This document shows, piece after piece, positions 24,619 through 38,385 of a stretch of DNA of 64,000 bases. Where the stretch lies: positions 1,663,624 through 1,727,623 of the forward strand of contig BDGG01000009.1 in NCBI GenBank assembly GCA_001949185.1, read 5' to 3'. The notes under the pieces were generated by a model. It made no database searches. It saw only the letters and a program-made list of their open reading frames with translations, and was not told where the DNA came from. Position 1 is the stretch's first letter, and each line of letters begins with the position of its first letter. This DNA is from Ramazzottius varieornatus. Lineage: Eukaryota; Animalia; Tardigrada. The translations under genes and the position numbers were made by a program.

Positions 24619-27481
24619 TCACAGAGTAACCGAAGCTTTACTGGGTACTTCCGGTTCCGCCGCGTCTCCAGCAGAACTATCGTTTACTTTCAGCCATTTT
24701 CTTCGGCGTTCGTGCCTTTCGGATCGGTTCTGCATGCCTTCCACATGTTCACTAAACATCAGCTGCAGTGCTGGTAACATGGACGGAATCTTGGGAAGAT
24801 CGGAGAGGCGCACTCTCATGTTATCGAAAGCGATTCCGACATCGGTCGGCAAGGAAGTCAATAGAGGAATCTTTGCGTATCTTTGGCTGAAATGGGTCAG
24901 CAGGGTGAACTTGGCGTGCATTCTTCGTCCAGTTTCTATCGCTTGGGAGGTGGTGCTGTGCATCTTCTTCCTTGCTTCGTCTTCCAGCGAGTCCTCCATC
25001 GTTGCTTCGTGGATCAACAAGTCACTTCCCATACCTAAACAGAAAAAATCCAACACTTAAAACCAAGTTCAATTTATACGAAAATGTCCATGAGGATGTT
25101 TGAAGTACCTGCTTTGACCAAAGCTTCACAAGGCATGGTATCACCAGAATAGCACATCTTCCAGTTGGCCGAAGTCAGGCTAACGCCGAAGGAGAAGGGG
25201 CAGTGGACGACGGGAAAGATGTTGAGCTCTCTTAGAGACAGCTTGCCCAACGCTTCCTCTTTCTCTTTGGCGGAAACTGAACTATGGTGCCACGCAGAAC
25301 ATCCAAAGATCTGAATGTCTCGAAGGATTGGCTCGAACTCTTTGGAATAAGCTTCGAAGTAGGAGATCATGGGCTCTGGTGTGAACACTATCAAGGGCTC
25401 TACAGATGCTCCGGCCAGCTCAAAACACTTTCTCCTTTGACGAAGTAGTTCTATGAAGCCTATGTGATGATCGGCGTGTGGATGTGACAAGTAAACTGCC
25501 TTCAGCCTCAAGAGTTCTTCCCTAGTCTTCTCCACACCGAAGAAACGAATCAACTGCCCGGCGGAACCTTCACCACAGTCGAGGAGCATCGAACAGCCCT
25601 TGTGTAGCCTCAAAAGTACGCCGGAAGTATTCCTCACTTTACTGGGTATAGCCGAACCTGTGCCGAGAAACGTTATGTCCGGTTCGGTAAAGTCTTCGAT
25701 GAAGGGACGGGACGGGTAGCGTTTCCGGTACTCTTGCAGGGCTTCTTCCAGACCTTCGCTGGACTCTTGTGCGAAAGCCTCTTGGCGGAACTCTTCGTTG
25801 TTCAGTGTGAAGTTCAACGAAGAATCTAAGCCTTTGGCAGGGCGGAGGTAGAAGTTGGTCCGTGGTCGCGCCTGGAAAACTGCAACCACAGCAATCGTGC
25901 TTGTATACTGTAAATCACAGTTCTCTTTGGCAAATGGAAGCTTCTCAAACGGATTCACCCAGTTCGTTTCCCCAAGGGACGCACGCTTCTGGCTAAAATC
26001 ACTGATAAGGTGCGCCACTTGGGACAACGATCTGGTCGAGTTTGTTTGCTGAGCTTTCTGTCTTTCGATGTTTGTTTCTCCGGAAGTAGCTAATTTCCAC
26101 TGGATACTGTTGTTGCTACATACCTTGGGATACAGCTTGCCTGGAAGAAATCTTAGCCGGAGAGCTTTCCTGGTCGGAAGGCGTCGGTTGAGGGAGAGAA
26201 GGTTCTTCGTTAGTTGTTCGCTGGTCCGGAAGTAGAGGGAAGATGGCGTCGTCGAGCATATTCAACATGGCTTGAATGCGATACGGTGCGAAATAGTTCG
26301 GGTTGTTATTTATCTCATTAGCCACCAGATGCATCGCGTTGCCGAACTTGTTCATCCACTCTTGGTACTTCTCGTCGCTCATTATTCCCGGTGGCGAGAA
26401 ATGAACGACTACCTTGATTCGCTGGTCTTCGGGAAGGTCCTCATGGTGATACGACGCTATAACCACATTCTCGGTCAGCGCATGAAGGTACTCAATGGAA
26501 GGACACTCGACAACGAGGAAGAGTGGACCGAGCGAATCGGGAAGCTTGACGTCTGAGGCTTTGACAGTTCGTCCATCGGACAGCGTGACGTCGAACCCAT
26601 CTTTCAGTCTGGCTAGCACCGGACCCGGAGGGACGCCGTGTTCCACGCACTTGGCCATCAGTAGCATGCCAGGTTTATCGGCAATCTTGCCAATGTAGGC
26701 ACATACCTTTGCGGCGCCACTCGACGGTGTACCCTTCACTTGCGCTACGAGTGGGATGCACTGTACCGACACGTTGTTGTCGCTGTAGTCGAGAGCTGAT
26801 AAGGGTCTTTGCTCAACCTCCATCGCTCTCACCTGCCAAAACGACAATCTGTTATACGATGGCCAGCTTATTTCCGGTCGAACAACATATTCCATATGGG
26901 TTCCAATCAACACGGTATGCACCATACTTGTAGGAATCGCTTTGTCATGTCGTATATGTCGGATATCCCGCTTGGTCCATGTAAAGTCAGTTTGGGAACA
27001 CCAATATCTTGGATAGTGAGGGAAAGACCAGGCAAACCTCCGATCTGAAGAAAGAATGAGTACAAAATTAATGGCTCTGAATCTTCAGCAAACATAACAA
27101 TAAGTATTTGCTTACATTCTTCCATTCTTTTGTCGTGAAGAATACATTCTCCACCCGAGACAGCCGCTGTTTCTGTTCCTGTATAAGTCGCTGGACACCT
27201 TCGCCGCAGTTGAAGACGTAGCGGGATCCCGAGGTGACAAGAACGGCGCAGCTGGGAGAGCCTACTGTCCCATCCCCGACGATCTGAATAAAGGCTTCCG
27301 ACGGAGGGAGAAAGAGGCCACATTGTCGCTGCTTGATATGTCGTAGTGTGGTTGTTGGATCCTTCGGCATGTTCTGGATTAGTAAGCGTAGCTTTGCCGA
27401 GCTATCGGATGAAGCGTTCTGCAGAGAATGGAATGTAGGAAGAATTGAAGAGAAGACAGTCCGACGGAGCAAGAGCGTCAT
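24619..27481 (-). CDS. ELAC2: tRNase Z long form (ELAC2)
   Basis: YVFNCGEGVQR, GVPPGP arm, FLGTGSAIPSKVRN, LLDCGEG, SHPHADHH, YSGDT, LLIHEATMED, LTHFSQRY. Confidence 0.96.
25940..26055. repeat. Intronic palindromic element, monomer, ELAC2 intron 25872-26123
   Basis: ccaagggacgcac...gtgcgccacttgggacaacgatctggtcgagtttgtttgctgagct. Confidence 0.85.
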
Positions 27482-28378
27482 CCGGCCGGCAACAGGCGCG
27501 CTTGCCTCAGACAAACTCCTGTTACTCCTTCATTTGCCTAACAAATCCAATCAGTTCTTGCACCTACTCCGCCCGATATAGCCTAAAAAATTTGGCTATT
27601 AGCACCAACTGGCAAAGATTGAATAGACCTTTGCTAACGTTCAGCGTGCTACTCAGGAGTCAGGATTCCCGAATCCCGACTTCCGGTCTGATGCAAACGA
27701 AAACTGGAGCACATACATGTGCTGCTAAAAGGGGGCCTTGCCGGAATGTCGAACACACTGATTGAGCGATTGATTACGTCTAATAGGTAGGACCGATATC
27801 GTGTACGTCATACGTTGATTATATCCAGTACGTAATTTGTGATGTAATTTACCAACAAAAAACTTAGAATAGGCTCTTCATTCAGTCAAGGGATTCAATC
27901 GAGGAACAAAAGAAACCGTCTCGCCAAACACCAGTAGGTGCTGGGCTGCAAAAAGCGTGAGCGACGTAGTTTGAACTGGGTGTCTCTGCATGGAAGTCAG
28001 CACCACGTACACATTACCAACTGCTCGGTAATGACTAAACAAACGCCGTTTTCGACGGCTTGCGGTTTTGGGCAGGACCGTACAGCCCAGCCTCGCTATA
28101 CGTAAAGTTATGCTTAGCGGTCGAACCGCCTCGCTTCAAGCATTGGTCACCACCTGTTCGCTTGATTGTTACATGTTTTGTTGTGGTTTCAGTTTTAGCG
28201 CGCTTTGAACTTTATCCTTCCACACCTCCGATTCGTTGGGACTCGGGAGTTTCGTACTGTAAGGGCTCTTTGACCGTCGACGTTTGCCACACAGTTGAGC
28301 GCTCTTTTGCGTCCAGGAGTACAGACTAGGGTGTAAGGAGCTCTGCGTTTGGGAGTGAGGCTTCGACCTGAGCGCACA

Positions 28379-29465
28379 ATGAGTCGCGCTGCAAGGAATG
28401 CCACCATAAACCTCGAGGGAGACGATGGAGATTACAACGACTGGCTGGAAGACATGGATGGAGAAGACGATACCAGGAGGCAAGCCGGACCAAAAGGCTT
28501 GAAGCAAAGCACACAGGACGACGCAGAGAAGGCGAAGGATGCAGGCAAAAGTGGTGCAGATGCATCTGCCAATGCAGCAGTGGAGAAACCAAAGCGAGTG
28601 CTTGGACCTCGGGCCAAGCTCGATGCTGCCAGACTATGCGGGCCTTTGGGACTACCTGCCTTAATCAAAGACTTTGAGAAGGTTCCTTGGAAGGGCAAAG
28701 GTCGGGAGGTACGTTGAAACTTGAAACGACATCCACTTTAGACGAAGATGACATCTTTGATGCTCCCCAGACGACATCTCGTTTATCCCGACCTGTTACG
28801 ATAATTCCAGCTTGTTCTCCTTGCAGGAAGAGGATCTTTTGCTGATGATGCGAAAGATGGAAAGCTGGGCTCACGCAATGTATCCAAAGTTCCGTTTCGA
28901 CGACATAGTGGACAAGATCGAGCAGCTTGGTCGGAAGCGCGAAGTGAGGGTAAGTCCTGCTTAGCAATTCACTACTTTGTCATACAAAAGACGATCATTA
29001 TTAATTGACGTACTTGGGATGTTGTTGCAGACTTGTGTCAGAAAGCTGATGGAGGGCATGCCTGTTCTACCTGAGGACTTTGTTAGTCATGAGCAGGATG
29101 ACGGGCGTGCAACACCAGTTTACAACCTCTTGTTCCAGAAGGCTGCGCCGCAACCGTCCACTTCAGTCCAAGATCCCACCGATGATGATATCCTTGAGGT
29201 AAGCCAACAGCCAGCACCAAGTGCGAAGACCGTGATGGAGGACGAAGCAGAGTTTGAGGAAATGTTGGCCAGCATGGAGGAGCCAGACATGCCAACGGAA
29301 TCTGTGGAGACAGCACCAACGTCCCTTCCACCACTTGCTCCTCCCCGGCCGAACCAGCCTGCAAGAACCACGCTGCCAAACTTGCCAGATGATTTTCGCA
29401 CGGATGAATTGGAACAGATGGATGAAGATGATATTTTAGCTTTTATCAATAACTCTATTGACTAA
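28379..29465 (+). CDS. TIPIN: TIMELESS-interacting protein (Swi3/Csm3 domain)
   Basis: PRAKLDAARLCGPLGLPAL...KGKGRE...MESWAHAMYPKFRFDDIVDKIEQLG. Confidence 0.9.
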
Positions 29466-29852
29466 TTTGGATTTAAAACGGTGGTTTTACAGTGTAAATT
29501 TAGACGAAGCCTAGATTCAAAATGCTTTACTCTTTTCGTTCGGTATATCTGGTTTACAAAGAAGGTATCCACGATCGCAACGGTTGAACTGACATGGAAA
29601 AGCAAGCTGCACATGAACAAACGGTAAAGTTGCGCACTGTCGACGACCACATTGAACCAGATAGAAAACATGAATTATCTTGCAGTACATTCGCACCATC
29701 GCACTGGAATGACAACGAATAATCTGGTAGAAATAGATCCGGTGAGAATGATGCAGACTCTACAGGGAAAATGCGCACAGTTTGAAGTCGGTAGAGTACG
29801 CAAAGAAGACTGCAGGTACGAGTGATTGCACCAGCTGATGGACTGGAGGTCC

Positions 29853-32110
29853 CTACGTTAGCTTCAAGACTAGATCGCGAAGTTTCGAGCGGCGATATTC
29901 ATCAGGATCGATGCCACTATTGGCGAAGGGGACCGTAATGTCGTCCATATTTGGAATGGTCAGAACCTGAAAGCGGGGCAGCAAGGCATAAGGTTTCAAC
30001 CTGGCTTTCGAGAAGGCCTGCCAGATTCCATACCTGATGGAAAGCGTTGACCACAGTCTTCTCCAACCAATCAGTCACCATGGTCATATCAATGTCCTTC
30101 TTGCCGATATGAGGAAGAACCTTCAGCTTCATTGTCGGTGTTGGAACAAAGCCATACCACATGCGGTCACTGGGTGGATGAGGAAGGTTGACAGCTATGC
30201 CTGAAAAGAGAAAAGACCCATCGTTATACGATAAGCCAGCAGTATTCGGCCTTTAAACAACATGACACGGTCACTCACGTCCTTTGATCAGCTCCACATC
30301 GACCGTCAGCATTAAGTCAATATCGGTGACGTCCTCTAGAGCTTTCCGAACAAAGCCAATCTCACTAAAGTACTTGAAGATCTTGGATTCGGCGATGCCT
30401 TCCACGACGCGCAGCAGCTTCGGCTTGGCTGCTTCCGGCATCTCTGGGTCTTCGTCAAACTCGTCCTCTTCGTACTGCCCATACAGAGCGTTCAGTTGGG
30501 AATAGGCCAGCTCCTTCTTGTCAGCTTCCGACTGTTCCTATATTTCAACAACAACACACTTGACAGCTCGGCAAATCGACCACATCGTTCTTTCAAGACA
30601 GTGACGCATGCTATCGGCCAGCAATACTGGAAACGTGCGCCACTGGGAAAAACAACAGACCTAACCAAATCGTTTACTCAAGCGGCGCACGCTTCCACTC
30701 AATTTGACTGGCAGCGTGCGTCACTTGGGAGAAACGATGCGGTCGAGTTAGTTCGTCGAGCTTTCCGTTTGAGAAGTGTCATGGATGCGATCAAAATTCG
30801 AAAACGACGAAGTACCTTTCCCTGTTCGGCGGTTTCTCCGGCGGACTTCGAGTGAGACGACTTGTCTTCGGGATGTGACATCTTGAAGGCGTTCAAGTTG
30901 GTAGTCAACGTGATACAAACTGGGTTGTGCATCTCGAAGTCGACTTCCAACCAGATACCCAAACGATCCACGCCGACCTTGTCGGAGAAGACGCCAAACT
31001 TGGGCGGACTTTTGCCCAGAACCAAATCAGTAACCTTCAAGTCCTCCAAATAGTGCGGCTTCTTAATCTGCTGCAACTTGGCAGAAATCTTCTCTGCAAG
31101 ACGGCTCAGCTGCATTGACCATAAACGAAAGAGGAAAGGACACTTTTATATGTTTACCCTGGATGATTTCTTTCCAGATGGGATCGACGGGGAAGTCGGC
31201 CAGGACTCGTTGCACAAAGGTGTTGAAGGGTGTCGGGTTGGCTTCGACGGTGAAGTTTGTGGAGTTGAGACGGTACGGCGTCTTTCCGCTGCAGCTCATG
31301 AACTTCCAAAAGAGCTCCTCCTTCTCGCGATCACATCGAGCGAAGAGGATCAAGGTAGACTCGTCTTTCTGCAACAGTCGATCGTTCTTCTTGTCAGCTT
31401 CGACGATGATGGAGGTTGGAGCTTCCACCAGCTTCAGCTTGATAGCAATGGGGAAACGGGCCAACCAGCGGATCTTGACGGGGACATCCAACGGCAGCAG
31501 AAAGACATCCGAGTTCAGCAGATCGTAGACACGTTCTTCCCTCCACTTGATTGCGTTAATATCTTGAGGCTCTTCATCGTAGAAAGCTTCGCGCTTCACC
31601 ACACGCTTCTCCGGACGACGAATACGTATCTTGGTTCCCTCGAAACTGACAAAGACGCTCTTGGTTTTCTTCAAGACGAAGGTGGCTTCGTTAAAGTCTT
31701 CCCTACAAATTACGACGCACACTGGCTACCGAGACGATCAAGAGCAATAGCCATGAGTATAATATATGGGAGAATACTGTTCTATACCGTAGTTCGTTCA
31801 TCCAGTATCCGACGACGATGTTGTCCTTCATGACATCCCTGCTCTTGGGCACGTAGCCGGGCATCTGGTCCACCTTGCCAAAGACGGCGTCGACTCCTGC
31901 TCGGATGAAGACGTCAGCGTCTTCCTTGGACAGTCCCAGGTCTCGCATCAGGATCTGCTCCACACGGGCGACATGCTCAACGTTCTTGTTGAACTCCAGC
32001 AGACGCGACAGCAGCTGCTCTTGCGTCCTCGATCCCGCGTCGTGTACCGTCGGCACCTCCGTCGGCCGGCTGGTCACCACCGTTGTTGTCGTCTCCTTTA
32101 TGCTAGCCAT
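29853..32110 (-). CDS. TEX2: TEX2/Nvj2-like PH plus SMP-domain lipid-transfer protein; 5' end uncertain
   Basis: LFARCDREKEE, KISAKLQQIKKPHYLEDLKVTDLVLG, AVNLPHPPSDRMWYGF, VLTIPNMDDI. Confidence 0.8.
30561..30763. repeat. Intronic palindromic element, tandem dimer, TEX2 intron 30538-30815
   Basis: tgacagctcggc, two hairpin units, then gtcgagttagttcgtcgagct. Confidence 0.85.
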
Positions 32111-33693
32111 ATTGATGAGAGGTAGCTGCAAATACAGAGATGCTTCTCCTTATGGAACACAAAAAAATAAAGCGTAAAGATTCCCAGTTCCCCACCTCAT
32201 CGATTCATGGCCAGAAGGTAGAAAGGCAGTGGGCGAGGCTCCACAGGGAAAATTCCGTTCAAACTGCCAAGGATGCGTTTTAACTGGTTGCTTTTATTAC
32301 GAACCACGCCCCGGTGGTAAATATCGGAATTCACACAACTTTCCCGTACAAACTGCCACCATAGAGGTTCCAACGGAAAATCCGTCACGACTGCACAATT
32401 TCCACCTCAATTGACCGAAGAACTAATGATCGACCTCCACTTGGAGCGCTTTTTGAAGATTATGAAAATATTGATTGGTGGTCTGACTGCTTGAGTTGGG
32501 CCGTACTTGAGGTTATGAAGCCGATCCGTGTTTCTGCTAATTGGCTGCGTAGATCACCCGTCCAACGCAGCAACTCTGAGCTCCACTCACGGCAACGGTC
32601 CCCTGGAGAATTCATATTCGGCCAAAATTTAATATCCCTCATAGTGGAATTTAGAATCTGATTTCGGTTTTCCTCGAATCGGGAAATGACTAACAGGGAG
32701 AAAAGTTATCACCAATGCTTGGGTGATCTTCTGTTGGGCCTTCTGTTTACCTGTTATGGAACAATTTTAGGGTGGATTGTTCTTGTGGTGAGTTCGCACT
32801 TGCAAAAGAATGCGAATTCCGAGTCTTTCGGCTGGAATGCTCTAAGGGCCGATGGTTTTATACGTAGACCCTGAAGGCTGGTCTTGAGCGCAGTTAATTT
32901 GTTTCATTGTTTCGCAGCCACTTCTGGACGAAGAAACTCCTCTGAAAAGTATAGTACCCTCTCCTGCAGACGCGATAACAACAGGCGTCTTTGGAGTGTC
33001 GGCTTTAGCCTTGTCCCTGTTCGTTTTATGGCTTCTGATTCGCTGTGGAATTGTGAGAGGCCACTCTGTTCGATCATAAATCTTAACAGCTCTCTAGAAC
33101 TAGTTAACCCTTTCTTAGAATGTTGGTTTTCTTCGACTTTTCAGATCGTACAGTAGGACTGACTGTGCGACTGCAGAACCCCGCAGACTGTGCTCCAGAC
33201 AGTCTGGTGACGTCATCTAAACGTTATTTCCAAATGGAGAGTCATCCATTCCATTCGATCCATTATGATGAATGAGTTAAATGTTTTGTCAAAATAACGT
33301 AGTTGATTGGTAAGTTGGTAATTTTCTGGAGTCTCGTTTATCTCTGCTACGATTTGACTGCCCGGATAACTGACTGTGAAGGATCAGCCAGAACTTTCTT
33401 AACAGAGAAAGGGGAACGTGCTGGATTAGGCGGAAGTGCGGGATAGGCTGGGACATATACAGAAGCTGGTCAGCTGTTGCTCTTTGCAGGAATACTCTGG
33501 GTCAGACTGTGTGCTGAGGAGTGTGCCATATCCGCTGTCAACTGGTCGCAAGACCTTTGTCTACTCGGACGGCAACCAGAACAGGTAGTAAGTACCTGTT
33601 CTGTCCTGCGGTATCGTTGCGAAGCTTGTATGGGGGAAATGTTGTAACTATGGACACATTCTGTTCATCTAGGTTATAAGACCGTTGGTTGGA

Positions 33694-34065
33694 ATGTCGG
33701 ATCAGTACACGCACGCCGTCAAGAGTACGCTGAAGTTGAAGACGGTGGGACCATCTAGTGCGGAAATCAAGAAGAAGAAGAAGAAGAAGAAAGTGGAGAA
33801 GAAGATGGAGGCTGTCAGCGAAAGCCAACCTATGGAGACATTAGGCAATGTCGATACCAAGAGGCCCAACAGTGCCTCCTCACAAGCAGCTACAAGCAAG
33901 ACTAAAGCCCAGCTAAAGTTTCAGGAGATGCAGGAGAAGCGACAAACGGAGCGTATTCTGAAGAAGGCCGAGAAGACGCACAAGCAGCGGGTGGAAGAGT
34001 TCAACAAGCACCTCGATTCCCTCTCCGAACACTACGACATTCCCAAAGTCAGCTGGACCAAGTAG
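33694..34065 (+). CDS. FAM32A: FAM32A splicing factor, single coding exon
   Basis: Poly-Lys tract and C-terminal KTHKQRVEEFNKHLDSLSEHYDIPKVSWTK. Confidence 0.95.
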   Translation: MSDQYTHAVKSTLKLKTVGPSSAEIKKKKKKKKVEKKMEAVSESQPMETLGNVDTKRPNSASSQAATSKTKAQLKFQEMQEKRQTERILKKAEKTHKQRVEEFNKHLDSLSEHYDIPKVSWTK

Positions 34066-36947
34066 TCAGTCACCGAGCGACAAATGCGCTTGGTCGATCC
34101 TTTCCCCCATCACTGGTGGGTCTCTTTCCTTGGCCGCAAGGACCCAGAAGGTAGCCATCTTCCTCCCTTCTCATTTCTGTCCGATCTCCGTTACCAGCTT
34201 GAAGCACGTTTTTCTGTAGACTTTCTCGATAGAAGGCCATCCTTTCCGTAATGGAAGTTCTACTTTTCTCGTCGAGCCTGGCGCCTGTGTGCAGGCTTCT
34301 CAAATGAAGGCATTCTCTTACATAAAAGTTCCCTGCCCACAATAGAGTTTCGAGTCCCCTTGACAGGCGGTAACAACTGCCGGACCTTCGGTGTCTCTCA
34401 TCAAGGAGAGTTAACAAGGCAAAGCAGCAACACAAAGTGGCCACTTCCATAGTCTCCAATTTCTTTGAGTCTTCCCATGATGCGGTAGCGGTAACAGCCG
34501 GTAAGGGATATCGTCGAATACGGTTAACTTTTTCATGCATGTACGGTGTGTATGTGTATTGTTTATTGGAAGGGATTATATTAAACTTGGGCAAAAGTAG
34601 GCGGCGAAGTGGTCGAACGTGCGTTGGTTGTTGTTGTCGGACAAGTTCTCGACTTTTGTATTACGCCACGGGCGGCCTTCGATCGTTTTCCTCTTTTTCC
34701 TTTCTCTCTCCCCACCACGCGTAGCTATAGCTTACCAGATCGGAAAGTGATGATCAACGCACAGCCATCGAACAGCAGTGTAATTATGTCCTCCCGGGCA
34801 AATATAGCCGGACGTCAAGTCTCCAACTTTCAGTGGAATTTCACCAAAACTTCAAAATTAAACGCTTGATATATAGACCACACTTTGTGCAAATCATGTT
34901 TTTGCTATAAGCCGGGCTTCGGCCTGTGGAACGATAGTGCAAGCTGCTGGTCTTTTTACAAACTGCAGGTCCACTTGAGAACCCTGAAAGACGACGAGGA
35001 TCTTATCGACTACAGGTAAGCACAAAATCTTGCCGAAAAATAGTTGACTGTATTTACTAGCGTACAACGATGTTATCATCTGTGTGTGGTCCGTGGTCAA
35101 GAAGAGACGTCTCATTGAGATATTGGGGTTACATAATTGATTTCAGATGTCGAGAAAGCCCGGCGGGATTTTCGTTGATGACTGCCTCTGTCGGAGAAAG
35201 GATGGGGGCAAGGTCGCCGATGATGGACCGACAGCGCGGGCCGATCAGGCGAGTCAACTAGACTTTCAGGACGGGAAAGCGACATGACGTGTAGAGATGG
35301 TGCTGCGGGACCCTGATGATGCTAGTCCTGCGGGATAGTGGATGAGAGACCCGCTCAGACTTGAAGACAGTTCCACGTACGGCATAGCCTGCACCTAACT
35401 GCATTGTGATATTATGCATTCCATTTTCCTCTGTATAATGGGTCAGACTCGTCACTTGGCTACCCGTTGGTCCCTCACAATTACTGCGCGGATATCCCTG
35501 ACTTGAAATCGAATATTATCTTTTATTTATGATAAGCAATGTGAATTTACATCCTTGTTAACTGCAGATTCAGATACTTTTTCTTCGTTTGTATCGTTCC
35601 TTTTCCGTCCATCTCGGCGGTTTACTTTACAGAAAACCTAGGAATGGTATCTGAATCGGGAAATAAGTGCACTACACGGAACTATGATTACTCATTGTCC
35701 TTAAAGTATCTAATTTACACTTGATTACTTATTTCATCGAATTTGGTTAGCTGGAAGCCTTTCCAGCCTGTCCTTCGGGCGCAATAAAGTTGAGATGGTG
35801 TGGTTTGTGCTGAAAGAGCTCCTCTGGGACTATTGTGCCACAATCGACTACGAAGGGTCCTGGTACTCCGCCAAGGACTTGCTGCTGCTCTAGGCAGCGA
35901 GGCCGAAGGCGCCTTGAAATGCTGGGCACGAACATGTCAAGCCGACAGGCTGCATTTCAATCACGACATTGACATCGCTGCAATGCTGGGCGGCCATCAG
36001 TTTCTATAAAGAGACGCAGACTTCCCGGCAGTTAGTGTTTATCCAGCGTCAGCTCCCGCGTGTCAAACTGTCATCAATATACCCGCTTGCTGAAGCAGTG
36101 CCCTAGTAAAAGGAAGCGCTCACTCACCGAAACGTCGTCGACACTGCAGGAAAAGATGAGAGCCATTTGACTGTACAACAGAACTGGCTCTTCAGTATAC
36201 AGCTCGACCTCACGCACATCGATCCATCAGCTTCAGCATGTGCCAAGGTCTGCGGGAACTGGGAAGTACCAGCCATCCTCGTCGGACCAACGCAGCGACA
36301 GAATCCTCAAGACTGAAAGATTCAGGGGCCGTGTTGTGACAGTCAGCGTCTTTCAATGCAGGACGAGACTCATATACTGTATGTAGAAGGTCGTACAATA
36401 CCAGTCGTATCAAAATAGCGATGGAGAAGGTCGATCAACGCGTCGTAGGCTCATGTTGGCGTACCTGAAGAGTCAATTAAGTTAACGCCGATCAAGCCTA
36501 TACTTGATGAAAGTACTTTGGAATATCTGAAGTTACGGTCCTGCCATTTCCACTCTTTTTCCACTCCAGCATGCTGAACACCTTTCATTAATCCAGTTTC
36601 ATCTAAAACAACCCAGGAAATGATTCACCGTGAGACATACAGGCCATAATGGAGCTGAAGAACCCAATCGTACGCTGCATATACCGTTTGTCCGGCTGGC
36701 AGCTTAATTGCGCTTACCTGTTATAATCATACTCCGTATGACTACATACCTGCGATGGACTGCTTCCTTACACGGAAAGCCATTCGTCATCAGATGTGTC
36801 ATTCTTCATTCCCATCCATCAGTGTTGCAGAAAGGACAAAGTAGTCAGCAGTCTTATAATAACCACATTTGCGACTTCAAACTTCAATTTCGTTGATACT
36901 GTGAGTGTGTTGTCGTGTGCGTATACTATTCTAACCTGAGTTTGACC

Positions 36948-37226
36948 ATGTGGTCGGGAATATTCGGTCAGCGTAATCGCCATTACGGAGATGTCGGCCA
37001 TCCTCATCTGAACGGTTTTGTTCCTCCTCCGGGCTACGGTCCACCTCGAGTGTACGCGGCCACGCCACATACCTACTACGGGAACGGCGCGCCTCCCGTC
37101 AGCTGGGGACCTCCACCAGCGCCAGTTTACGTTCAACACCAGAGACACCAGAGATCGCCCGGCTGCTGGTTCTGCTGCTTCCCCATACCCTTATGTATTC
37201 CTTGTGACTGTTTCGACTGTTGTTGA
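36948..37226 (+). CDS. Small Pro/Gly/Tyr-rich protein with Cys-rich C-terminus (CYSTM-like)
   Basis: 92-aa ORF with PPPGYGPP...PPPAPVYVQ and tail PGCWFCCFPIPLCIPCDCFDCC; ATG in ACCATG context. Confidence 0.6.
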   Translation: MWSGIFGQRNRHYGDVGHPHLNGFVPPPGYGPPRVYAATPHTYYGNGAPPVSWGPPPAPVYVQHQRHQRSPGCWFCCFPIPLCIPCDCFDCC

Positions 37227-38385
37227 GGCAAACCCTTCCATCGTCCTGTCCTAACCCGCATACTCTTGATGTTTCCAAAAGCAGCCGACCTGGAAACCTG
37301 ACCCGTGCAGGATGTCCGTCGTGGTTGTTCACTGAAGAATCACCTGCCCAAGTTCAGCACCGGGTTTATTAGGAGGCCAGCATCATCACATTTAACTCAG
37401 ACAATTTTCTACCTTACCACTTGCGTTATTTATAGACTCGTGCCGATATTTGCTCTACGCGGCGTCTGGATCCTCTCAGGATATATATTTAGTAACCGAA
37501 TCCGCCATGAATGATTTCCGTGTGCAGTCAAGCAACGTCTTATTCCTGCGGCTCTTGTCTTTCCTTTAGAATGAAATCTTCAAGCAGTTTTTACCATTTA
37601 GATCATATTATATCACATGACATTTGTGTCACTTAGTTGTCGGTACTTGTGTAATGATGAATAGCTTCTTTGGTCCGCCGTTCCAAAGAAGAATTGAAAC
37701 CATAAACCATCCAAAGCCGTACTCGTATCTCATTATCCTAGGAAACTGAATTCCAGTAGTGGCTTCTGTCAGGATGATGTGTAACTACTAAGAGAACGGG
37801 CAAGCTAATTAGGTTTATCTGAACCGGAAACAGCGATTCGTCCAATCAGTGAAGTGTCTTACCGTATTCCATACGAATCGCATAGACCAGTTACATTGAA
37901 AGCGACAGCGTTTCCTTAAATTCCTCCCTCATCGACAACCCAGTTAGTCCGCGGCTGGAAGGAGGAGTTTCACGAGATGCCGGGGTACACGGTATACCCG
38001 ACCGGAAACGGTGGTCCGTGGACTTTTTGTTCTTCCTTTAGTCAACTAGCAAAGAAACATTAGTAGACAACGGATATCCTTCCTGGTCAACAAATCACGT
38101 GGCAGTTCGCAGTACCAGTGTCCCTTTTGTCCATTATCCAGCAACAACGGAAAAGCGGCAGAGGAATCAATGACTGAAACCCGTGCTTTTCAAACAGGAG
38201 TTTGCGAATAAACGTGCACGTGACCAGCTGGGCAGTGGGTATTCCGCTTGATTCTTGATTGACATAAACAAACAGGATTTTGTAATTCTTGTTGTCGTTG
38301 AAATAATTTTGTTCTCAGTTCACTCACTTTACTGTAGTAATCTAACTTAAGTTATATCTTTCTCCTCGGTCGCTTGTCTTCCAGC

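Noticed and set aside
31078-31833. Long antisense ORFs (e.g. 31078-31833 +, 48411-48965 -, 10586-10963 +, 15647-16150 +)
   Set aside because: Shadow frames opposite well-supported genes, with no independent signal.
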